This document shows positions 11,620 to 22,094 of a stretch of 39,963 nucleotides of DNA, in pieces. Positions within the stretch are counted from its first letter, which is position 1. Each line of letters begins with the position of its first letter. A model generated the notes under the pieces. That model searched no databases, was not told the origin of the DNA, and worked only from the letters and a program-made list of their open reading frames with translations. The translations under genes and the position numbers were made by a program. Source of the stretch: Macrostomum lignano (lineage: Eukaryota); the NCBI GenBank assembly GCA_002269645.1, contig NIVC01003599.1, forward strand, positions 1 through 39,963, in the 5' to 3' direction.

Positions 11620-12342
11620 GTCACTCTGTGTCACTTTGTCTCCTTTTGGTGCGTCACTCCATGCGTCACTCTATGCGTCACTCTATGCGTCACTCTATTC
11701 GTCACTCTATGCGTCACTCTATGCGTCACTCTATGTGTCACTCTATGCGTCACTCTATGCGTCATTCTATGCGTCACTCTATGCGTCATTCTATGCGTCA
11801 CTCTATGCGTCACTCTATGCGTCACTCTATTCGTCACTCTATGCGTCACTCTATGCGTCACTCTATGTGTCACTCTATGCGTCACTCTATGCGTCATTCT
11901 ATGCGTCACTCTATGCGTCATTCTATGCGTCACTCTATGCGTCACTCCATGCGTCACTCTACGCGTCACTCCATGCGTCACTCTATGCGTCACTCTATGC
12001 GTCACTCTATTCGTCACTCTATGCGTCACTCTATGCGTCACTCTATGCGTCACTGTATGCGTCACTCTATGCGTCACTCTATGCGTCACTCTATGCGTCA
12101 CTCGATCTATGCGTCACTCTATGCGTCACTCTATGCGTCACTCGATCTATGCGTCACTCGATCTATGCGTCACTCTATGCGTCACTCTATGCGTCACTCG
12201 ATCTATGCGTCACTCTATGCGTCACTCTATGCGTCACTCGATCTATGCGTCACTCTATGCGTCACTCTATGCGTCACTCGATCTATGCGTCACTCGATCT
12301 ATGCGTCACTCGATCTATGCGTCACTTTATGCGTCACTCTGT
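11620..12342. repeat. 12-bp minisatellite (gcgtcactctat)
   Basis: Direct tandem array with 14-bp gcgtcactcgatctat-type variants in its right half. It explains four overlapping repetitive ORFs. Confidence 0.97.
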
Positions 12343-13364
12343 ATAACAGTCTGGATGTCACACTGCGCGTCAATTTGTGTCACTCCGGCTGTCACTCTCC
12401 CTGCTATTTAAGTCTCTTCTCGCTCAGACTCAGTCCGATTCTGATAAAATCAATAATTCTCCGAAGTGGAACTGACCCTCGCGCCAGCCCAGTCTCCCTA
12501 GTTCCCCATCAGCTGCCTGCCCCCCTTTCCTGTCCCGCCGCTATCGCGACTTTCGCAAATCGATGACTTGAGAAAAAAACTAAAGCTGAAAAGTCGCTAA
12601 CGAAAAACGATCCCTTTGATTTTTTATTTTTAGCATTTTTTTGCCGATCGCCGACACAGCCTGCCTAGGGATGGGAGAGATGCTTCGATGCATTCTATTC
12701 GGCTCATAGGTACAGAGAAGTCATGCGGCAGCGGCTCTATATTTAGATTCCTCCTTGTCTTCGATTGTGGAGCCATTCGAGCAAAAAAAGAGAGGCATGC
12801 AGCATACTCAGTTTTATTATTGAATTTGCCCCCGACTTCACTTGGGGTGCGCATCTAATTAATTCCACAAGAGCAATGGATAGATAGATCCCCACTTGAC
12901 TTGTCTTCACTTCTGATCCCCTTCTCCAGCCGAACCGCCCACGCAAAATTATCGGCACCTTCTCCTCTTCCTTGTCTCCCCTCCCCACTCCCACAAGCAA
13001 GCTTTTCTCGCCTGCTTAGCAACTGCGACCGGCGACTTGCATGCAGCCTCTATAAGCCAATTATCACCGGCCGTTGGCTGGATGCTATTTTAAGCTCAGA
13101 AGCGTCTCAGAAGCTGGGCGGTTGCTATGCGGAATCAAAGTTATCGACGATCGGTTGAGTTAGGGAGCGCACTTGATGATAGAGTGGGAGTTGTAGATGG
13201 GAGTGGAGCAGTCACTCGGAAATAAATACTATATAGATATCTCCGTTTTTTGAGAATTGATTGGAGACCTGAAACTGCGTTATGATTTATGTCCTGTGGC
13301 AGACTGAAGTTATCGGGCTTGGTCCGAGACTCACTGGCTCCGGTGTCCCGTCTCTGGTGCCTCC

Positions 13365-14060
13365 TCTCCCTCCCCTCCCTTCCTCTCCCTTCCTCTCTCT
13401 TCCTCTCCCTTCCTCTCCCTTCCCATCCCTTCCTCTCCCTTCCTCTCCCTTCCTCTCCCTTCCTATCCCTTCCTATCCCTTCCTCTCCCTTCCTTTCCCT
13501 TCCTCTCCCTTCCCCTCCCTTCCTATCCCTTCCTCTCCCTTACCCTCCCTTCCTCTCCCTTCCTCTCCCTTCCCATCCTTCCTCTCCCTTCGTCTCCCTT
13601 TCTCTCCCTACATCTCCCTTCATCTCCATTCGTCTCCCTTCGTCTCCCCTCGTCTCCCATTCTCTCTCCCTTCCTCTCCCTTCCTCTCCCTTCCTCTCCC
13701 TTCCTCTCCCTTCCTCTCCCTTCCACTCCCTTCCTCTCCCTTCCTCTCTCTTCTCTCCCTTTCTCTCCCTTTCTCTCCCTTTCTCTCCCTTCGTATCCCT
13801 TCGTCTCCTCTTCTCTCCCCAAACCTCCCTTCATTTCCCTTCCTCTCCCTTCCTCTCCATTCGTCTCCCTTCATCTCCCTTCGTCTCCTATTTTCTCTCC
13901 CTACATCTCCCTTCATTTCCCTTCCTCTTCCTTCCTCTCCCTTCCTCTCCCGTCCTCTCCCTATATCTCCCTTCCTTTTCCTCTGTCTCTCCCTAACTTT
14001 GCCTCCCTACTCTACCCTCTAGCCTCTCCTACTCTACCCTCTTTACCCTCTCTCTTCTCA
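13365..14060. repeat. Pyrimidine-rich 10-bp repeat (cccttcctct)
   Basis: Near-pure C/T tract on the plus strand. Confidence 0.95.
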
Positions 14061-14624
14061 ACAGGAAAAAGATATAAGTTTTCAAACCCTCTACGCAATC
14101 CTTGATTATACAATCACATTTATCGATGGCAATGTTTAAGAACAAACCAAATTCTTAAAGTCAGTACTTCATAGAGTAAATTTATATATTCAACATATTC
14201 TATGGTGAAGGAAAATATTGCACATTTAACAACAACTGGACACACCAACACACACCGTTTGACGTGTATGCATGCATCTGGGCGGCCCCTTATATTGCAG
14301 TAATATTTCAGTAAGATGCTTTTAGCAGTGCTTAACAGGATATATCCGATAAAAGTTATAATAATAAAATTGCTTTTTCAAAAATCAATCACAAACAGTT
14401 AAACAAAACACGAGAAAATCCAGGGGCCTATGATGTATTGAACGCGAAAAAAATATATAGAGATATTATGAGACTATATTTAAATCGAAAATATAAATAC
14501 GGGCGAAATACAACTTCACAGGCGAAATGAGTTTTCATAATCGGATGAGATCTGCTAAAAATATGGAAACACGTTGCGCTCCTGGGGAGTGCGACTTCAG
14601 CTGTTTATAGTCCGAGATGAGGAT

Positions 14625-16063
14625 GGAGTGAGATCAGAGTGAGATCAGAGTGAGATCAGAGTGAGATCAGAGTGAGATCAGAGTGAGATCAGAGTGAGAT
14701 CAGAGTGAGATCAGAGTGAGATCAGAGTGAGATCAGAGTGAGATCAGAGAGTGAGATCAGAGTGAGATCAGAGTGAGATCAGAGAGTGAGATCAGAGTGA
14801 GATCAGAGTGAGATCAGAGAGTGAGATCACAGTGGGATCAGAGAGTGAGATCAGAGTGAGATCACAGTGAGATCAGAGAGTGAGATCACAGTGGGATCAG
14901 AGAGTGAGATCACAGTGGGATCAGAGAGTGAGATCAGAGTGAGATCATAGTGAGATCACAGTGAGATCAGAGAGTGAGATCACAGTGGGATCAGAGAGTG
15001 AGATCACAGTGAGATCAGAGAGTGAAATCACAGTGAGATCAGAGAGTGAGATCACAGTGAGATCAGAGATTGAGATCACAGTGAGATCAGAGAGTGAGAT
15101 CACAGTGAGATCAGAGATTGAGATCACAGTGAGATCAGAGAGTGAGATCAGAGTGAGATCAGAGAGTGAGATCACAGTGAGATCAGAGAGTGAGATCACA
15201 GTGAGATCAGAGAGTGAGATCACAGTGAGATCAGAGAGGGATATCAGAGAGAGATCAGAGAGAGATCAGAGAGAGATCGTAGTGAGATCAGAGAGTGAGG
15301 ACAGAGTGAGATTAGAGTAAGATCAGAGTGAGATCGAGTGAGATCAGAGAGAGATCAGAGAGTGAGATTAGAGTGAGATCAGAGAGGGATATCAGAGAGA
15401 GATCAGAGAGAGATCAGAGAGAGATCGTAGTGAGATCAGAGAGTGAGGACAGAGTGAGATTAGAGTAAGATCAGAGTGAGATCGAGTGAGATCAGAGAGA
15501 GATCAGAGAGTGAGATTAGAGTGAGATCACAGTGAGATCAGAGTGAGATCAGAGTGAGATCAGAGTGAGATCAGAGTGAGATCAGAGTGAGATCAGAGTG
15601 AGATCAGAGTGAGATCAGAGTGAGATCAGAGTGAGATCAGAGTGAGATCAGAGTGAGATCAGAGTGAGATCAGAGTGAGATCAGAGTGAGATCAGAGTGA
15701 GATCAGAGTGAGATCAGAGTGAGATCAGAGTGAGATCAGAGTGAGATCAGAGTGAGATCAGAGTGAGATCAGAGTGAGATCAGAGTGAGATCAGAGTGAG
15801 ATCAGAGTGAGATCAGAGTGAGATCAGAGTGAGATCAGAGTGAGACCAGAGTGAGATCAGAGTGAGATCAGAGTGAGACCAGAGTGAGATCAGAGTGAGA
15901 TCAGAGTGAGATCAGAGTGAGATCAGAGTGAGATCAGAGTGAGACAGAGTGAGATCAGAGTGAGATCAGAGTGAGATCAGAGTGAGATCAGAGTGAGACC
16001 AGAGTGAGATCAGAGTGAGATCAGAGTGAGATCAGAGTGAGATCAGAGTGAGATCAGAGTGAG
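14625..16063. repeat. GAGATC-family minisatellite (11-bp gagatcagagt with 13-bp and cacagt variants)
   Basis: Direct tandem array of the same family as 10738-11282. It includes an internal ~148-bp block duplication (gggatatc at 15238 and 15386). Confidence 0.97.
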
Positions 16064-16329
16064 AACGCGTGGCCGCAGATGTGAATGCAAGGAGATTTCA
16101 TTCTGTGGAATCGCTCGACAGAGAAAAAAGTTCAGGATTGCACTGGAGGGGACGAATTTTAAATTAAAATACATCAACAGAACAGAAAGAGTTTTCGCTG
16201 GGGGTCTTGCTAAAAACCGAATTCAATGCAAAATGGTTCAGATGGATGGATGGATGGTTGGAAAAAATTGAAATGGCGGTGGACATTGGACTTTGACGCA
16301 GACAAAGGTTACATCTTCTTTTGTTTTCC

Positions 16330-16790
16330 ATTTCCGGCTTTGTTTCAAAGAAATAATGCTTCTCAGCTTTTGTTTTAACTAAAGACAACTCCGCTCCGTT
16401 TAAATAATTCTTAGAAATAAAAGCCAGTCTTCATTTTTGTTTCTAAGAAACAAAGCATCACCGTTTCCGGTTTTGTTTCCTAGAAATAAAATCTTTTTTT
16501 AAATATAAACTTCTTAAAAGTAAGTAGTTCATTTGCAGTTCCAAGAAAACAAACCCGTTAATTCTAAGAATTTAAAACCCCGCCTCTGTGTTTCCAATAA
16601 ACATCATTGGAATTCATAAAGTTTTCGTTTTCTTTTCTAAGAAATAAACTAGATTAAGTTTTCGTTTCAAAGAAACAGCCAATTACATTTTTCTAAGAAA
16701 CATACCCGTTTTCATTACCCAGGAAACAACCTCATTAAATTTCTATGAAAAATGTCCGTTTCCGTTTCCAAGAAATCCAGCTATAAAGAA
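16330..16790. repeat. Highly degenerate AT-rich repeat with a recurring ttctaagaaa-like core
   Basis: About a dozen ttct/ca(a)gaaa(t/c)a motifs at roughly 30-45 bp spacing downstream of the EPDR-like stop. Confidence 0.55.
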
Positions 16791-16842
16791 CCCGCGACCG
16801 CGCTCAACCAACAGCAGTCTTACTAACCATATTGTTCTTTTA

Positions 16843-17155
16843 TTAAGCAATATAGAGCAGCCGCTTGTTGCCAGCTCCAGCAGCTGGCGGAACCGCATCT
16901 TCATTGCCCGCTCGGTTTCTGGCCAGATCGGCCAGATGGCCGGGCACGGGCAAGCTGAGGTGCGGCTGGTTCAGCTGAATTCGGTTGCTACGCAGCAGGA
17001 GTCTGTAGTAGTCGCGAAAACTCCTCGCCTTCTCGGTGAACTGCCGGTCAGGCCAGCCCTGCCGCCTCGATGGCGGCACTCCGTTTGCGGGACGGTAGAC
17101 ATCGGCTTCTTTGAACAGGGCGATGCTTCTGCCGTCGTCAATGTGCTTGAAATAC
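16843..17155 (-). CDS. Secreted ependymin-related-like protein, exon 2 (last)
   Basis: The ttcAG acceptor at 17156 completes the phase-2 codon from exon 1. It reads (R)YFKHIDDGRSIALFKEADVYRPANGVPPSRRQGWPDRQF...KRLLYIA*, in frame with ORF 16843..17079. The stop TAA overlaps an AATAAA. Confidence 0.75.
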
Positions 17156-17182
17156 CTGAATAACCGGGTGGTTTGAGTAGGA

Positions 17183-17218
17183 ACTGACTGACTAACTGAC
17201 TAACTAACTAACTAACTG

Positions 17219-17249
<31 letters not shown>

Positions 17250-17250
17250 G

Positions 17251-17296
<46 letters not shown>

Positions 17297-17354
17297 CAAC
17301 CAACTAACTAACTAACTAACTAACTAACTGACTGACTAACTAACTAGCTAGCTG

Positions 17355-17396
<42 letters not shown>

Positions 17397-17438
17397 CAAC
17401 TAACTGACTAACTGACTGACTAACTAACTAGCTAGCTG

Positions 17439-17469
<31 letters not shown>

Positions 17470-17534
17470 GACTAACTAACTAACTAACTAACTGACTGAC
17501 TAACTAACTAACTGACTAACTAACTGACTAACTG

Positions 17535-17573
<39 letters not shown>

Positions 17574-17578
17574 GACTG

Positions 17579-17613
<35 letters not shown>

Positions 17614-17618
17614 GACTG

Positions 17619-17681
<63 letters not shown>

Positions 17682-17734
17682 GACTGACTAACTAACTAAC
17701 TAACTAACTAACTGACTAACTAACTGACTAACTG

Positions 17735-17765
<31 letters not shown>

Positions 17766-17794
17766 GACTAACTGACTAACTAACTAACTAGCTG

Positions 17795-17825
<31 letters not shown>

Positions 17826-17846
17826 GACTAACTAACTAACTAGCTG

Positions 17847-17885
<39 letters not shown>

Positions 17886-17968
17886 GACTAACTAACTAAC
17901 TAACTAACTAATTAACTAACTGACTAACTAACTAACTGACTGACTAACTAACTGACTAACTAACTAAC
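17183..17968. repeat. (ACTA)n/(ACTG)n tetranucleotide microsatellite filling the EPDR-like intron
   Basis: Direct tandem array that starts at the donor site on the minus strand. Confidence 0.97.
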
Positions 17969-18567
17969 CTGGATGTCACGGTGAAGCTGGCCAGCAGGCA
18001 GGTGTGCTTGGCCCGACGCCGTGGTGATGACCCACCGGTTGTGCCATTGGACAGTACAACATGGATATCCGTGATTGAGCCGACGTTGAACCTCCGGCCG
18101 CGGCTGGAGTCTTCCCGTTCGTCCAGCCGGTAATGAGTCGGGCTAATCCGCTCGAACCCGTTCTCTCTAGCCAGACAGCGGAAGAAGAGCGGCGCCAGAC
18201 CGCCCGAAGGGTGGTACCCGGCTGGAACCCGGTTTAAGTGCCTCAGAGTCTTGTCTGCCGAACGATAAGTCCACATGTGGCCGCGCCAGAACACCAGACT
18301 GGTGGCCAGGCTGGACCGGAGTTCGAATCTTGGCCGGCGATAGTTGACGAACACGTCCAGCACAGTGGGCGAGTTCGAACTAGCCTTGGTCCAGCTGCCG
18401 AGCACGGGAACTACGCGTTGGAAAGTTCGATGGCTGGCCTTCATCATTTTTGCGTGCCACTTCATGGGCAAGCAGCAATAGTCCTCATCGCTGCTCACTC
18501 CCAGAGCGAAGTGTAGCTGAACTAGCAGAATGCAGCATAGCAACACGAATAGCTTCTGCATAATCAT
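17969..18567 (-). CDS. Secreted ependymin-related-like protein, exon 1
   Basis: ATG at 18567 (MIMQKLFVLLCCILLVQLHFALG, signal-peptide-like), then DEDYCCLPMKW. The segment is GC-rich and non-repetitive, with an AG|GTTAGT donor at 17969/17968. The spliced CDS is 912 nt (303 aa). The family assignment is inferred from the Cys/Trp pattern. Confidence 0.75.
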
Positions 18568-18825
18568 GCTTGCTGTCAATCAAAACCTTAGTATTTGGCA
18601 GTGATCTTTGTTCAATTTTCAAACTTGAAGCGAGGCCGTGGAGATTCGAGGACGGCTAATATACAAGTAAAACGCGAGTTAGGTGTGGGGGTGGCTACGG
18701 TTCGATCTGGAGTTCTGAGATTGGCTGGGCTAAAAATAGTTGCTAGCCTGCAGATTGGCGGACAGACGGCCGTCATGCGAGGTGCGAAATCGGTCGCGAG
18801 TTGGAGGGATCCGTGAGCCAGATTG

Positions 18826-20262
18826 ATGAAGAGGATGCTGACCCTCCGATGAGGAGGATGCTGACCCAGGACTCTAATGAAGAGGATGCTGACCCAGGAC
18901 TACGATGAAGAGGATGCTGACCCAAGACTCTGATGAGGAGGATGCTGACCCAGGACTACAATGAAGAGGATGCTGAACCAGCACTCTGATGAAGGGGATA
19001 CTGACCCAGACTCTGATGAGGAGGATGCTGACCCAGGACTACAATGAAGAGGATGCTGAACCAGCACTCTGATGAAGGGGATACTGACCCAGACTCTGAT
19101 GAGGAGGATGCTGACCCAGGACTCTGATGAGGAGGATGCTGACCCAAGACTCTGATGAGGAGGATGCTGACCCAGGACTACAATGAAGAGGATGCTGACC
19201 CAGGACTACAATGAAGAGGATGCTGACCCAAGACTCTGATGAGGAGGATGCTGACCCAGGACTACAATGAAGAGGATGCTGACCCAGGACTACAATGAAG
19301 AGGATGCTGACCCAGGACTACAATGAAGAGGATGCTGACCCAGGACTACAATGAAGAGGATGCTGAACCAGCCCTCTGATGAAGGGGATACTGACCCAAG
19401 ACTCTGATGAGGATGCTGACCCAGGACTACAATGAAGAGGATGTTGAACCAGCACTCTGATGAAGGGGATACTGACCCAAGACTCTGATGAGGAGGATGC
19501 TGACCCAGGACTACAATGAAGAGGATGTTGAACCAGCACTCTGATGAAGGGGATACTGACCCAAGACTCTGATGAGGAGGATGCTGACCCAAGACTCTGA
19601 TGAGGAGGATGCTGACCCAGGACTACAATGAAGAGGATGCTGAACCAGCACTCTGATGAAGGGGATACTGACCCAAGACTCTGATGAGGAGGATGCTGAC
19701 CCAGGACTACAATGAAGAGGATGCTGAACCAGCACTCTGATGAAGGGGATACTGACCCAAGACTCTGATGAGGAGGATGCTGACCCAGGACTACAATGAA
19801 GAGGATGCTGAACCAGCACTCTGATGAAGGGGATACTGACCCAAGACTCTGATGAGGAGGATGCTGACCCAGGACTACAATGAAGAGGATGCTGAACCAG
19901 CACTCTGATGAAGGGGATACTGACCCAAGACTCTGATGAGGAGGATGCTGACCCAGGACTACAATGAAGAGGATGCTGAACCAGCACTCTGATGAAGGGG
20001 ATACTGACCCAAGACTCTGATGAGGAGGATGCTGACCCAGGACTACAATGAAGAGGATGCTGAACCAGCACTCTGATGAAGGGGATACTGACCCAAGACT
20101 CTGATGAGGAGGATGCTGACCCAGGACTACAATGAAGAGGATGCTGAACCAGCACTCTGATGAAGGGGATACTGACCCAAGACTCTGATGAGGAGGATGC
20201 TGACCCAGGACTACAATGAAGAGGATGCTGAACCAGCACTCTGATGAAGGGGATACTGACCC
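18826..20262. repeat. 28-bp monomer satellite with an 84-bp (3-mer) higher-order repeat
   Basis: Monomers gatgaggaggatgctgacccaggactac / aatgaagaggatgctgaaccagcactct / gatgaaggggatactgacccaagactct repeat in fixed order over the right half, seen as a 28-aa periodicity in ORFs 19318..20304 and 19511..20239. Confidence 0.95.
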
Positions 20263-20829
20263 AAAAAACGCACAGTGAACGCAGGAAGCACTAGTCTGCA
20301 CCAATGACCCGACCCCTCAAGCAGGTACACATGAAGGTGCACTGATTATTTTATCAAGAGCCAAAATTCAGCATAAAATCTAAATAAATTTCGTATCCAA
20401 TTTCTATTCTGAAGACTGACCAACACAGCATAACAGATTGAGTTGACCACAGCGAAATCGCCTTCCTGTTAAAAATAAACTCTAAATCAAAGCAGGATAG
20501 TGGGGTATCAGAGCATCATCCCTTACCGCTCACAGAAACTAGAGAAACCTCTATAAAGATCGTTTTCCAGCTCCAGGTTGTTAATTTCAAACAGACCAGA
20601 ATAACAGAACAGGTTTATAAGTGCTTGCCCTGGAATCAGACAGAAAATAAAACTGGATGCGAAGTCGCAGGACCAGACATTTCTCGGACAAGCCAAATAG
20701 ACTTGTACTCGTAAAAGCTATGAAGTAAGTTCGACAGAATCGCTATATCACTGCAAAAAAAGGTTAATAGAGGAAACTTCGAGACGAGGTTCTCCTCGTT
20801 CTTTTAGGACAGAGTGGGAGATATTCTCA

Positions 20830-21635
20830 CAGCGAGATCTGTTAATCTGAGAAATGTGATCACAGTGGGGATCTGTGAATCTGGGAAATGTGATCACAGC
20901 AGGGATCTGTGAATCTAGGAAATGTAATCACGGTAGGGAACTGTGAATCTGAGAAATGTGATCACAGCAGGGATCTGTGAATCTGGAGAAATGTGATCAC
21001 AGCAGGGATCTGTGAATCTGGAGAAATGTGATCACAGTGTGGATCTGTGAATCTGGGAAATGTGATCACAGCAGGGATCTGTGAATCTAGGAAATGTAAT
21101 CACGGTAGGGAACTGTGAATCTGAGAAATGTGATCACAGCAGGGATCTGTGAATCTGGAGAAATGTGATCACAGCAGGGATCTGTGAATCTCAGAAATGT
21201 GATCACAGCAGGGATCTGTGAATCTAGGAAATGTAATCACAATAGGGAACTGTGAATCTGGGAAATGTGATCACAGTGGGGATCTGTGAATCTGGGAAAT
21301 GTGATCACAGCAGGGATCTGTGAATCTGGGAAATGTAATCACGGTAGGGAACTGTGAATCTGAGAAATGTGATCACAGCAGGGATCTGTGAATCTGGAGA
21401 AATGTGATCACAGCAGGGATCTGTGAATCTCAGAAATGTGATCACAGTGGGGATCTGTGAATCTGGAGAAATAAGATCACAGCAGGGATCTGTGAATCTC
21501 AGAAATGTGATCACAGCAGGGATCTGTGAATCTAGGAAATGTAATCACAATAGGGAACTGTGAATCTGGGAAATGTGATCACAGTGGGGATCTGTGAATC
21601 TGGAGAAATGGGATCACAGCAGAAATGAGTGAATC
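20830..21635. repeat. 34-35-bp minisatellite (gaaatgtgatcacagcagggatctgtgaatctgg) with an internal hairpin
   Basis: Direct tandem array. Each unit has tcacag...ctgtga inverted arms. Confidence 0.93.
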
Positions 21636-22094
21636 TGTGACTAAATTTCGAGAATTAAGTGAGATAATGATTTATTAGCGTCCAGAGATAAGATAGGAAA
21701 AAACTTAAAAGCTTAGGCGAAAGCATTGAGGGCGGGTGCAATGGTCAGTTGAACCTATGCACAATACGCAATGCCATGCACTCATAATACTCGTACATGT
21801 ATAATACGCCACTTGTGGCAGCTGCACCACCCACCCATTGACAGACAGACAGACAATTGCACCTGCTGAATTAGGTTGCTGGGAACTGATAAGATAAGAG
21901 AATTTCTGGGTAATGAATAACTTTTAATTATTTAGTTTGTGACATGTGCGCTGCTTGTGAGGCAGTGGGACAGGCGTGTTCGGACTGCAAATTAAATAAA
22001 CCGCTTTATTAAACCAGTCATAGTTGCTTGTGCCAAAAGAGCGCTTCCGTGAAGTGTCCGAAAGCGATTTTAAAGATGGTTTAGATGCAGTACT

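Noticed and set aside
12500-12600. Possible plus-strand terminal exon (...SQIDDLRKKLKLKSR*)
   Set aside because: It is short, has no recognisable homology and has no supported upstream exon.
18826-20262. Tandem hammerhead ribozymes (many CTGATGA motifs)
   Set aside because: There is no matching GAAA core strand or stem II in the repeat unit.
10169-20304. Repetitive ORFs over the 16-, 13-, 12-, 10-, 11- and 84-bp arrays
   Set aside because: Peptide periodicity mirrors DNA tandem repeats and they are open in several frames and strands, so there is no coding evidence.
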